From NCBI RefSeq assembly GCF_026210795.1, contig NC_089429.1, forward strand, positions 7,936,001 through 7,995,222: a stretch of 59,222 bases of DNA, read 5' to 3'. The stretch is from Rhizophagus irregularis. Its lineage: Eukaryota. Each line of letters starts with the position of its first letter. Within the stretch, counting starts at the first letter, position 1. A program made the position numbers and the translations under genes. The notes under the pieces were generated by a model. That model saw only the letters and a program-made list of their open reading frames with translations. It did no database searches and was not told where the DNA came from. Shown here piece by piece: positions 1 to 12,339 of this stretch.

Positions 1-700
1 ATCAGAATAATTATCTTGTAGACTATGGTGAATCAATATTATGTAGATTTTTGCATCTATATGAATAGTTGTTCTATAAATATTACTGCAATGATTGACA
101 ATCCATATCATCTGCATAATCTGTGCATGATAATGTTCTGTTTCTCGTGCCATGGTATCAACATTGTATCCTAATGTAGATTTCCATCATTTCATATGAA
201 TTCGTGAAAAACTTTTCTAAACTTCCAATGAATTCATAACATTGATCGATATCAATATTATATTTTCTCCATATTAGTGATGAAATTGTTTATGCAATCA
301 TACTAATCCCTTAACTATTAATATTAAACACCTTTTTTTCCTTATATTCTGATATAAAATCCGATGAAAATGTGACCGATTTCATTCATTAGAAGTATCA
401 GAAGTGGAAATAAGGTGATTACTGGTCTATTGACAATACTTGTATCAAGAATCATGTGGTACTGGAATTTGATGTAATTTCTTTTTTACAGGACTATATT
501 ATTTTCAATACTTTTATTTACGGTATTTAAATGTTCCATAAACAAAATTATTTTCCATACTATTGATGGCCATCCATAAATTATAGTGTTGACAGTTGTT
601 CTATATTACTAATCCCTTCTCTGAATACTCATATAGTAATTCTATAAGCATCCAAAATTGGATTGTTTTACAGTTTAACTATTATAATTAAACATTTTTT
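1..700 (-). pseudogene. Heavily degraded coding relic, possibly Mutator (MULE) transposase C-terminal half
   Basis: Minus-strand peptide scraps (EMME..., TDYADDMDCQSL..., YIILIH) fall in the order seen upstream of the SWIM finger of fungal MULE transposases. Many stops and frameshifts; weak. Confidence 0.25.
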
Positions 701-2104
701 TTTTATATATGCTACGCTTCTTGTGATAAATAGCTTTAAAAGGTTAAAAAATATTAAGTTTAATTAACATTATAGATTATCATTTGAATTTAGAAGAAAA
801 AAGGGAGGAAAAGAAAAGAGGCTCAATAGTTTCATCAAATTCCAAATCATTTATATTTAAATAATTTTATAAAAATAAACATCAAAGCCCCATTATGTCA
901 TACAATTATTAATTATTCCAATTAAAAAAACATCCAGAAATTTAGTCAAATATAATATCAAAGCCAGAATTACAGTACAGAAAGCCACAATTCACAGCCA
1001 AAACTTAGCACCAATAAAATTCTTTATCATAAAAAAATTTAATCTATTATCATGATAATCATTTTTTTTATATACAGTATATTAACTATATTTATACATA
1101 CATATATATTAATTTTTATAATTAATTTATCACTATTTCTGTTATATTTTCTTTAATATTCAAATAATGAAATATAAATTATTTTGAAATAACGGATATC
1201 GATAAAACAAATTTCCTGTTTTATGTGAAACAGATCAAATATTATGTAGCTGGTTAGCTTTAGTATGAATGCATGTCATAAAAGAATTACAAAATTAATA
1301 TAAAAATTTCCGGCAAACGAAAATATGAAAACATAAAGTTAAAATATAATCCGTACAATTATTGATGAAAAATTTATACAGGGAAGTATAAAATGGGAAG
1401 TAATTTATTCATCAACTTGTAATAAATATAAATTTGAAACGAAATTTATAGTTGTTGTATATTAAAGATCGTGTTATGTACGCCAAGTTGCTTAACAATC
1501 AGTAACCCGAGACTGAAAGCATTACCGCTATTAGACTTAGATAATTAATACGTAATGTTACTGTGTCTGCGGTTATAAACTACATTCGTGTTTACTATAT
1601 CATATTAATTAACCTATCGTTCACGAAATAAAAGTTGTACCGCTGCGGCGCTGCCTATTGTACAACAAATTTCAATTCTTAATAACCGAAAACGTAAATT
1701 GTAGAGATAACGTAAAAAAAATTAAAAAATAAATATTTTAGCATATGTTACTTAGTATACAGGTATCAACACCACGAATTGACACCAATACAAAACCTTT
1801 TTGATGGCGCACAGCATCGATAATATCATCATTTCCATTTCAAACTATTTTAATATCAAAAAGATGTATATATTTTCAAACAGAACAGATAATATAATAA
1901 ATATAAAGTTCTTTTTAAAGTGCTTTAAGCTTACAGAATCAGCCATTCAGGGTAATAATACGGAGCTTGTTGATAAATCGATAATATTTTCAACTTCTAA
2001 TTCATTATCATTCGCTCCTTCTAAGTTAACCAATTGGTTAACAAAAAAAAATGATCACGTGCCTGAGTCTTTGAGGAGAATTTTTTTTTATAAGGACAAT
2101 ATAA

Positions 2105-2880
2105 AGTGTAACATTTTAACCAAATAATTTTATTTATTTATTATTGATTAAATATGCAAAAAAAATAATTCAAAAGGTTTAAATACCAAATTAAAATTAT
2201 ACAGATTCTTAAAAGGCTTAACACTTAAGAAAGCCATTCAATCAAAATATTAAAAAGCCATAAAAACATTAGGCAAAAAAGCCATTAGCCAAATCAAAAT
2301 GTCTTAGTATTTGATGAAAATGGCTCGTATTTGACAAAAAAAGCTTAACAGAAGACTTTATATTGTATATATATACTGTAAATAGATAATAATTGAAATT
2401 TAAAGTTATAACATTTTTAACCAATAAATAATTTAATATTAGATAATATTTATTTATTATTAATTAAATATGTAAAAAAAAATAATGCAAAAGGTTAAAT
2501 ATGCAAAAAAAATTAATGAAATACTAACATTAAAATTATATTAATTCTTAATGGGCTTAGCACTTAAAAAAGCCACAAATCAAAATATTTAATAAAAAAG
2601 CCATAATTTAAATATTTAGTAACAAAAAGCCACTATTAGTTATTAAGTACTTAACAAAAAAGTCATTAGTTAAATATTAAACAAAAAAGCCATTAATCAA
2701 ACATTTAGAAATAAAGCCATTAGTTAAACACTTAATAAAGAAACCATTAATTAAATATTAACGAAAAAGCCATTAGCCAAATCAGCCTAAAATCAGTATT
2801 TTAATTGTATTGATATTTACAGTTAACAAAATGGCTTGGTATTTGACAAAAATGACTTGAAATATAACAAAAAAAGCTTC
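2105..2880. repeat. Degenerate local duplication (~300 bp) with internal AAAAAGCCATTA repeats
   Basis: TAACATTTT(T)AACCAA...TTTATTTATTATT...AAATATG.AAAAAAAATAAT.CAAAAGGTT occurs at ~2109 and ~2409. AAAAGCCA(T/C) recurs many times at 2230-2775, with similar motifs at 885-1000. Confidence 0.6.
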
Positions 2881-4456
2881 TTTAAATTCAATTATTATTA
2901 ATTCATGATTCGCCGATCAACCCGATCATGGGATGTGGCTATGTAATAAAACAACAATCTGACGTTGCCCACTACTAAAAATTTTGAAACAAAAATATAA
3001 AATTATGAAAAAACCACTTCAAATAAAGCGTGTGGATATGGTGTTGTACTTACAAAAAGGAAGTGGCTGGAAATCATGTTTCCTAACGCTAATGGCAATT
3101 TTCCAAATTTAATTAATTTAATTAGTAATTGGTCCATAACGCTAATCATTTTGTGCTACTGATCGGCAAATCACGAGATATAATAAGGTAACATTTTAAC
3201 CGATAATATAAAAATATTTATTACAAAAAAATTTCAATAATGTATACTATTTTGGGATTTATTGAAGTACGATCGATATTTAGTTGGCCAGTGACGTTTA
3301 CATTTTAATTTCATTGTGGATCTTTTACTATGACATATGACGACATACAAAAGTAAACGTAAAATTTTCATTGAAAAAAATTTCGGAATTCCGCGATACA
3401 ACTTCTGAAATTCTTTTTTTTTAAAAAAAAATCGGCAATATTTTTTCTTTTGAGAAAAGAGAAAAAAAGATACATTTTTCATATGATTCATTTAGGTTAT
3501 TTGGGCTAATTTTTTTTTTTTATTTAAAAAAAAAAATTTATTTAAACAACAAAAGATGACTAATTCCGAAAAACGCCAATATGCATTTATTGGAATTTTC
3601 GATTTTAACAATCCTTTAAGAAAATATTATTAGTAGATTGTAATTTTGAACTAGCTAAAATCGATAAAAAATAAAGATTTTTCAAAGTTCCCATGACACC
3701 TTTCTTTTGTGTGAAAAAAAAATTGTAGAACTATTCAATACATTTCTTGGCATGTTTAAGTTTAAATGACATAATTGTTTATTTCTAATTCTGTAAATTG
3801 ATTTAAAAAAAAAAATTTCATATATTTTTATAATAACGACACAAAAATGGGTTTTTTGACCCTTATTCTTTGTCTTTTTGTAGAATTTCATTATTCTATT
3901 AGTTGCATATCATACGATTATGACGATCCCCTTGTTTTCTTTTTATGGATTGCATAATTCCTTTTTAGAAGCCTAGAATAAACATATGGAATCTCATTGC
4001 CTTTGGTCGTTAAAAACCCAAAAGGGTAATAGAAAATTTAACAATCCGGCCTGCATTAAGATTTTTTTTGATCTGCATCATTATTAATGATCTTGCCCAG
4101 AATTAAAAAAAGGGGGATGATCTTCATATTTATTTATCAAATATATATGCAATTTAGGTTTTGGGGGCAAAATTTTACAATATATTATATATATTAACGT
4201 AATATATATCTGTATCACAATATGGTTTATTGCATTTAAAACAAAGAACTTTGTTTCAATATTAAAAATTTTTTTTCTTTCATCACGTGAGATTTTTACG
4301 TGAAATTTTATTTACTGATGATAATTCGAGATGGTAATCATGAGACAAAATTATCTAAAATATTACTAAAAATATTAAAGAATAAAAATATTATATATAA
4401 AAATATTATATACTATATATAAAAAAATTTAAAAATCATAAATATTTTCTATATAA

Positions 4457-4563
4457 TTAAATGGGATTTTGAGATTGGGATTTGGATTTTGGATGGGATG
4501 GGTTTGGGATTTGGGACTGATATGGGATTGGAATGGAATGGGATTTTAAATGGGTTGCAAGTA
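4457..4563 (+). repeat. GGGAT(T/A)-rich minisatellite ending in ATGGGTTGCAAGTA
   Basis: Direct reading; shares its terminal motif with the array at 5236-5412. Confidence 0.75.
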
Positions 4564-5235
4564 TACTCCAGACTATGATACTTATGAAGAAGATTGGAAG
4601 ATATATTTTACCATTCTTTTTGAAGCATCCAAATGTCATAATTGTTTACAACATCGGAAGAGGCCAAAGAACAAGAACGACGACTCAAACTGAATTGCTG
4701 AAAGCCGCAATTTAATAAAAAAATACGAAAGACGTCAACATCAAATTCACGAACTGACTGTTAACATTTTTTTATTGAGAACATTCGTAAAATCGATTTG
4801 ACAATTTTGTTTTTCTCGCATGAAATTCATACCGCGTTCGTTTATATGACTATTTAATTTTACAGAGATCAGATTCAGCTTACAGTATTTCACCGACAGT
4901 CAACTTACTTACTGACAGAATTCACCGATTTCACAAATTATTAAACTGATTTTTCTTAATAATAATATTTTTTATAACTAATTTTAATGTTAAGAGTATC
5001 ATTTCAAAACATTAAGTATTTCGGTTTTTTTTATTAGAATAAATACATTATGCAATTAGTGCTTATAAACAATTTTATGATATGATATTATACGTTATAC
5101 GTTATGGAACTCGATAGATCATTGTAATTAGTTTTTTTATTTTTTATTTATTTATTGCTTTATAAAATTGTTTAGTATAACAAAAAAATTATTGTAGTAA
5201 AAAATATTTATTTTTATAATAAAAAAAAAATCAAA

Positions 5236-5412
5236 TTAATGGGATATGGGATATGGATATGGGATATGGGATATGGGGATATGGGATATTGGATATGGGA
5301 TATGGGATATGGGATTGGAATTTTGGAATGGGATTATGGGATATGGGATGGGATGATAGGATATGGGATGGGATATGGGATTTCCCAATCCCATTAATAT
5401 GGGTGGCAAGTA
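5236..5412 (+). repeat. (GGGATAT)n minisatellite ending in CCCATTAATATGGG hairpin + TGGCAAGTAG; probable non-autonomous element end
   Basis: About 20 GGGATAT/GGGAT units followed by a short palindrome. It explains the spurious ORFs at 5231-5486. Confidence 0.75.
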
Positions 5413-5964
5413 GGAAGTGGATTCCATCCAAATTGGCTGTTTTAATCAGGACATGCAAGATTTTTCCTGTTATATATATTTTTTAATTTTAGACGCTTAA
5501 ATAATATCTTAAATAATTTAGTAAATCAATGGTGATGCTGCGGGAAGTCTGAAAACATTCCACTACGTTTGATGACGTCATGTCCGTTATTCTGCCCATC
5601 ATTATTCTGTTATGTTCCTTAGATAACAGACACCACTTCGGACTTAATAACGGTTTTCAGTCTTTATCTGAAAATAATTTTGTTAAGTGACGCCTTCCGA
5701 GCTAGCGAAAATTAAGAGTACAAGTTTTATTGTGTCACCGATCAAAGTGACATCAATTTTTTATATATTAATATAATTGCGCAAGTTGTTAATTAATAAA
5801 AAGTTAGTGTATAATACTAAAATTTTTGCTATTTTATAGTAGTAGTATATACTATATACTGTACTTAATTATAAAGTACATCACTAACGTTCAATTAATT
5901 ACAAATTTTTTCATTGGAAAAATCTTTTTCAACCTATCGAAATATGCAAACAAATCAAACAATA

Positions 5965-6165
5965 AATTTCATCTACTGCGCTCGTTAAAAAAGAGCAAAA
6001 AAAAAAAAATACAGAACTCCGAAATATTATCCAAAAACAATTAGAATAGTAGTACATAATTTGTAAAAAGAAATCGCCTTTGTCTATTGCGCTCGTTAGA
6101 AAAGAGCAAAAAAAAAAAATACGGAACTCCGAAATATTTATCCCAAAACAATTAATTCTTTGATG
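5965..6165. repeat. Tandem duplication (~112 bp)
   Basis: CTA(C/T)TGCGCTCGTTA(A/G)AAAAGAGCAAAAAAAAAAAATAC(A/G)GAACTCCGAAATATT occurs at ~5973 and ~6084. Confidence 0.75.
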
Positions 6166-6780
6166 GTTAATCATTACTTTAATGCAAATTATTGTATGCT
6201 ACGCCATGAATATACACAGCTAAAAAAATGTCGATCAGCGATCCATTATCATATTTGGCATCTCAAAGAATTTTTAATCATTTACATATTATAGGTTTTG
6301 AACATATGACCAATAAACCTTATCAAAAAACTCAGGAGTACATACAGATATTACCGAAATGCTTATTATAGGTAAAAAAGCAACGCATTGCTTTTTTTTT
6401 TATTTACTTATACAAGAAAAACTATTTATTCTTTTTTTTTTTGAGATATTTCAGATAAGATTGTAAGGATATATAAATAAATTTTATGTATATTATTTAT
6501 CAGAGTTTTTTTTAAAGAAAATAATATACAATTTTTTCAAAAAAAAAACGAATAATATATTTTTAAAATAAAAACTAAAAAAAAATACGATTTCCTAAAG
6601 TAGAATACAATAGCAATCTTAAAGTTAGCAGATCTTAAATATACAGGGCCTAGCTCACCAAAAAGAATGCAGATAGAACAATCATCTGATATGCAACTCT
6701 TACGAATAATGAATTGTAAAAGGAAAAATCATGAAAGCGATTAGAAAATTTTTTAACATATGTTGAAACATGTGCATACA
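6120..6780 (+). mobile_element. Dispersed repeat, copy 1 (homologous to 32095-32600)
   Basis: Shared collinear blocks GGAACTCCGAAATATTTATC, TTAAAGTT(C)AGCAGATCTTA.A.ATACA.GGCCTAGCT and AACATGTG. Confidence 0.5.
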
Positions 6781-7401
6781 AAGGAAACATGTCGCATATA
6801 ATGATATAACATATTCAATGGTTAACTGCATAATATAATTGGGTTGGAAACTTCTATGCATGTTGGCGTTCTAGATTTGGGATCCAGTCTCTTTTTTTAG
6901 AAATTTTTTATACAACAAATTCAACAAATTTGGACAAGTTATTATATTTTTTGATATTTTTTTCGTTCCTGATTTATTTCGTGAAAAAAAAAGAATTTTG
7001 GCATTTTTTTTTTATGTAAACAAAACGTATGTACGTATGCTTATTCCATATATGTATATTCAATAATCAGCAAATAGTCAATAAAATATGTGTATGCCAA
7101 ATAAAAAAAAAAATTTTCGCTAAGGATAATGTTTCATTTTTACGGAATATTCTGGATATTCTGATCCGAACAATGATATTTATTAACTCTATATGGTAAA
7201 CAAAATATAAACATTAAATATAAATAGGGTGGATTTTGACGAAAAGGAACTATTAAATATTGTTAACTTCTCACTTAGTATCTAAAATTCACATAATATT
7301 TAAAATTTATCAATACTCTTTCACTATATATGGTATTGATAAATATCTCTCAAATAATATCTAAAATTTATAAACCTTTTTAAATAAAAAACTGTCTCAT
7401 T

Positions 7402-8371
7402 ATGAGTATCTCCAAATTCAAAACCGTAACTATAGCTGGAGGTACGAATAAAGTAGACCATATTATAGCTGAGGCATTTTTGGATGATGGCTCCTATCAA
7501 ATTAAAATTCTTCGACGGAAGCCAGAAAATGATAATAAAATGGCTAAATCATTGGCTTCCAAGGGAGCAGAAATCGTATACGTGGATTATAATGAAAATT
7601 ATAATCTTGTTAAAGCACTTAAAGGAACCGATGTTCTTATTAGTGCTTTAAATGTCGATCTTGACGGTGCGACCTATTGTAATACTCAAGCACCAGCCAA
7701 AGATGCCTCAGTAAAAAGGTTCATCCCATCCGTAAAGATGAAGTATGTTTTTTTTCTTTTCTTTTCTTTTTTTTGTTGTATGTTTATGATAAAATTTATA
7801 ATGATTTTTTTTTCTTAACAAAGGGTTAAAGCTCATCCAATCACGGATAATAAAAACAAATTTAGAGATTATGTAGAAGAAAGTGGTCTCGAATATACGT
7901 ATATTTATTTCGGACTACTCCAAGAACATATTCTTCGGTGTGGATTTGATATCAAAGAGAAGAAAGCTACATTCTATGATGATGTTAGCAAAAAGATTCC
8001 CACCACTTCTTTTTCCGATTTTGGTAAATATACCGTAGAGTCACTTAAAACGCCAGAAGCTCGTAATTCTGAAATTACTGTTGCTGGCGCGAACATGTCT
8101 CTAAATGAGTACATTGATATATTTGAAAAGGTTTCTGGTGAGTACATATTTATTTAATCATTATTAATTCATGAATTTTTGCAGTAACTAATTATGATGG
8201 TTTATATAGATTCAAATGGAAAGCAGTTGTAGATATCGACTCATTCGCGGATAATTTCAAGGATATCATTAATAATAAACAAAGTAAAAAACGATCGTTC
8301 GGTTTCATTCCTAGACCTGATCCGAGGTTATTGAAAAACTTGTGAAACAAGCGTCAAGAAAGAAGGACTGA
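7402..8371 (+). pseudogene. NmrA-like / isoflavone-reductase-like NAD(P)-binding protein, probably pseudogenised
   Basis: Exons 7402-7742, 7824-8137 and 8210-~8371 with GTATGT..AAG and GTGAGT..TAG introns. Peptides KTVTIAGGT, GAEIVYVDY, ALKGTDVLISA, VKRFIPS, SGLEYTYIYFG, TTSFSDFGKYTVESL. The glycine-rich motif is degenerate (GGTNKVD), EFG is missing after RFIPS, and exon 3 is frameshifted with a stop shortly after the acceptor. Confidence 0.8.
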
Positions 8372-8470
8372 AATTGAGAATACAACATTAGATCAACCTC
8401 TCCGGCATGATATTGAAATGCTGCAATGCCACAATAATATTAAAGAAAATTTATTTAATTATGATTCATT

Positions 8471-8711
8471 TCGGACCAATTTGATTTTCTGTTTAACAAA
8501 ACCTCTCAAAAATTTTAAATTTAGATAACAAAAAAAATCAATTTTTGAAAAATCCCCTCACTCCCTTCTCCTACACCTTCTCCACCCCTCCTCCTACCCC
8601 TCCTCCTATACCTTCTCCTACACCTCCTCCTACACGTTCTCCTACACCTCCTCCTTCACCTCACCTCTTTCAATAAAAACTCTTGTTAAACAGAAAATAC
8701 AATTGATCCGA
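8471..8711. mobile_element. MITE-like element with ~30 bp imperfect TIRs and internal (CCTCCTACA)-type microsatellite
   Basis: Left TCGGACCAATTTGATTTTCTGTTTAACAA vs right reverse complement TCGGATCAATTGTATTTTCTGTTTAACAA; C-rich tract at 8553-8667. Confidence 0.65.
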
Positions 8712-9165
8712 GCCCATCTGCAATTATAAATTTTTGGTTCTTTGGGCTATAGTAATAATGGATTAAGCGAATAAGGGCAACCTAAGAAGAAATTTATCAA
8801 CAGTATATAAAAACAATTGGAAAAATATATATATATATGTTGCATAATAGTTTAATGAAATACATAGACAAGATCTTGTCCATCGCGATTTTCACGAATC
8901 ACGATGGAAATATTTTAATTCACGAATACATTAAGAGGCAGCCCTTATTCTCGATTCAGTGACATATGCAGTCTTTAAATGATCATGTGAAAGTGGAAAT
9001 TATATCTGGAGTTCCACCTTTTATTGTACGGAGCGAAGCGAAGATTTGTTGGTAAATTAGAGACATATATTTGACCTTTACAATCTATTACAGCAAATCA
9101 AATTGACGAAGAAACTCTCAGATGTTTATTTTTAATGTCGATAAACACTTTAATAGAAATTACAT

Positions 9166-9290
9166 TAATCCCTAATCCTACCCCTAATTTTCCGCTAATC
9201 CTACCCTTAATCCCTTAATCCTACCTCAAATCCTAACCCTATCCTAACCCTAATTCCAGTCCTACCCTAATCCTATCTTAACCCTAACTC
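9166..9290 (-). repeat. Degenerate interstitial telomere-like tract (CCCTAA/CCTAAT/CCTACC)
   Basis: About 120 bp of CCCTAA variants on the + strand. Confidence 0.7.
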
Positions 9291-10584
9291 GCGCCCTTTT
9301 TTATCTTTTTAAAATTTTTGCACAAAAAAATTTTTTTTATTAATCACTTAATAAAATCAGAAATCGGTATTACCTTGATTTTTCATCAATAAAATTGGAA
9401 ATAATTCATTAATGAGCAAAGTTTTTTACAAATATCATTAATAAACTATGTAAGAACGTAATAAATTGTGCATTTATTTAATTTCGTAAGAGAGATAAAG
9501 ATAAACCTTATCAGAATTTATTTAATACGAACTAACGTAATTTAATATTACAAGATTAAATCTTAGTCCAAAAGGTGATAAATGATGAATATATTGCATT
9601 ATCTCCCATTAAAATGTTTTAGTCGACGAAAAATTGATATTCTCTCATGTATCATTATTTGACGAACCAACGCTACGCTATTGCCTCACAATATTTGTTG
9701 CATAAAAGAGATCGTTATAGTAATAATTATGAAAATATGGTGTATTAGGGTTATGAAATTAGACGCACGTTATAATAAATTTTATTATTTCAAAATTTTT
9801 GCCATATAGTTAAAGTGCGGGTCAAAAAGAGAATAATAAATAGCGTTGACCGGAATCACAAATAAAACTAATAACCACGTAAAAAAAAAAAATTATTTGT
9901 TTTTATTTATTTTTCTATTAAATTTTTTTTCTGTGAAGTTGTACTTGGCTTATATAAGAAATTTTCTGAGATTTTCCTTTGGCAAATGACTTGAAATTCA
10001 AATGACAAATGACAAACGACCCGAGTCATTTTGAGATTAATGTTGGCTAGCGTTATAATTCTGGCCTACATTATACTTTTTTTTTAAAAAAAAAAAAAAT
10101 AATAAAAATTTGATAATGGTAAAATGACCAGGTCTTTTCGAACACTGCTGCTGACGTGTGATCAATTTTCTAAAAAAAAATTTATAGAGTGAAGCTGCTA
10201 ATTCTAAAGATTATAATGATGGAAATTGTTCACTATGGCAAATTTCACGTATTTTTATTATCAAATACTTCATGATTTATCAATGAAATAAAAAATTCCA
10301 AAAAATAATACTGTAACTCCGAATTATATGAATAAATGTTACAAAAATTAAATTATATTTATAAAAAATATAGTTTTTTATGGCTTTAATCTTCGCGATC
10401 TTCACGAAATTAAATTTTTGTTTACCATGTGTTCAGTTGCACAAACAAAGGGATCATCCTGTTTCTTGTAACATTAATTAAACAATTAAACTAATTTGCG
10501 TTAGAATATCGGCAAAAAAATTTATTTTATAACACAACATATGCAAATACAACATACCGTCAAAATTCTTTCTTCTTAATTACT

Positions 10585-11976
10585 ATGACTTCTGAAACAT
10601 TAATAAATTCATTATTACAAGACTTAAATAAATTATATAATGAAGCAGATGATTACGACGTAATAATAAAAGCTGGAGAAGGATCTAATTCAGACGATTT
10701 TAAAGCACATTCTAATATATTACGAATTAGGTCAACTTATTTTAAGGCCGCTTTATCGTCTAATTGGACGAGGAAAGAAGGGAATGTTACTATTTTTAAA
10801 AAACCAAATATCAAAGCTGACACATTTAAGATCATTTTAAAATATATTTATACCGGGATTATAAATTTAGATACAAGCATTACAGGGATTGGGGAGTTAC
10901 TTATTGCAGCGGATGAAATTAATCTTGTAGAATTAATTAATTATATTCAAAATCATATTGTTAAATTAAAAAAAGAATGGTCCGAGAAAGATATTATTAA
11001 ATTATTTAATATTTTATCATGTCGTCAAGAAGTTTTTAATACACTTTATGTTTATTTCAGAGATATTATTAGTAATAATCCTGGAAGATTTTTTAATGAA
11101 TCTAATTTATTTATAGAATTAGAAAATGATGCTTTTCTTTCACTTATTCAAAATGATGATTTTGATATGGAAGAAATTGAAATTTGGAATAATTTATTGA
11201 AATGGGCTATTTCAAAAAATTCTACCATTAGTTCTAATACAACACTTTGGAAAACAGAAGAAATGGAAGTTATTAAGTTAACAATTCGTGATTTTATTCC
11301 ACATATTAGATTTTTTCAAATTTCTTCACAAAATTATTATTATAAGATACGACCATTATCAGCACTTTTACCAAAAGAACTTGATGAAGATATTATTTTA
11401 AATTTTCTTGTTCCAGAAAGTTCTCAAAATACAAAAATTTTACCAAGAAAATTAAGTAGTGTTAATAAATATTCTAAAATAATTAAATTAGATCATATTT
11501 ATCAAATTTCTCATTGGATTGATAAAAAACAAGAGAATTATTCAAGAGTACCACAATATGAATTTAAATTGCTTTTAAATGGAAATAGAGATGGATTTGA
11601 TGTTAAAACTTTTAAAGAAAGATGTTATAATAAAGGAGCTACAATTGTAGCAATTAAATTGAAAGGAAATAATGTCATTGGAGGATATAATCCAATAAGT
11701 TGGAATGGTTCAGGTAGATATCTTTCAACAAATGATAGTTTTATTTTTTCATTTAATCAATCAACTTTAAATTCATCAACTGTTATACTAAGTAGAGTCA
11801 AAAATAAAGGAAAAGCAATATATGATTGTATTAATAATAGTCATAGTTTTGGTGAATATGATCTTGAAATATTTAAGAGAAAATGTAGAAATGGTGATTA
11901 TGAAACTAAAATTAGTGAAGATGGGGATTTTGAACTTGAAGATTATGAAGTATTTCAAGTAAATAAGAAAGAGTGA
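10585..11976 (+). CDS. BTB/POZ (+BACK) and TLDc domain protein
   Basis: 463-aa intronless ORF. BTB signature DYDVIIKAGE..FKAHSNILRIRSTYFKAALS..FKKPNI..ILKYIYTG; BACK-like EEIEIWNNLLKW; C-terminal TLDc FKLLLNGNRDGF..CYNKGATIV..IGGYNP..DSFIFSF..EDYEVFQV. Confidence 0.93.
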   Translation: MTSETLINSLLQDLNKLYNEADDYDVIIKAGEGSNSDDFKAHSNILRIRSTYFKAALSSNWTRKEGNVTIFKKPNIKADTFKIILKYIYTGIINLDTSITGIGELLIAADEINLVELINYIQNHIVKLKKEWSEKDIIKLFNILSCRQEVFNTLYVYFRDIISNNPGRFFNESNLFIELENDAFLSLIQNDDFDMEEIEIWNNLLKWAISKNSTISSNTTLWKTEEMEVIKLTIRDFIPHIRFFQISSQNYYYKIRPLSALLPKELDEDIILNFLVPESSQNTKILPRKLSSVNKYSKIIKLDHIYQISHWIDKKQENYSRVPQYEFKLLLNGNRDGFDVKTFKERCYNKGATIVAIKLKGNNVIGGYNPISWNGSGRYLSTNDSFIFSFNQSTLNSSTVILSRVKNKGKAIYDCINNSHSFGEYDLEIFKRKCRNGDYETKISEDGDFELEDYEVFQVNKKE

Positions 11977-12339
11977 GCAACGCGGCGGTTGGTGGGAAAT
12001 GTTAGTTTGAAACTACGCTTTTTATAGCGAAATATTTATATATATTTATTGCAAATATTTAATATTATTCTTTTCTCATATTTTTATAATCAAATGTATT
12101 AATATAAATAAATAAAGGTTTTATTAATATAATTCAGACATTAATAGTATTTCTTTTGAGTCTTTACCCAACATTATTCATGTTCACGAGCGATCAAGTT
12201 TGTTTAATCTTTAATATGGTAAAGGTAATAAATATAAATGCTGATTTATATCAGAAATTTTGACTTAATCCTGAAAAATAAATCTGATACAAAGCGCATT
12301 CAATTATGAAATCGGGGATATTAGCTCTACCAATTTCGA

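Noticed and set aside
1801..2127. 108-aa ORF as a gene
   Set aside because: No recognisable domain and low-complexity composition. The opposite strand shows only a short acidic relic (ELEVENIIDLS), possibly of transposase origin.
5231..5486. Three overlapping ORFs rich in PISH/GYGIW
   Set aside because: Products of the GGGATAT minisatellite
5520..5720. GC-richer island as a possible structured ncRNA
   Set aside because: No tRNA cloverleaf, snRNA Sm site or snoRNA box arrangement could be established by eye; an Infernal/Rfam scan would be needed
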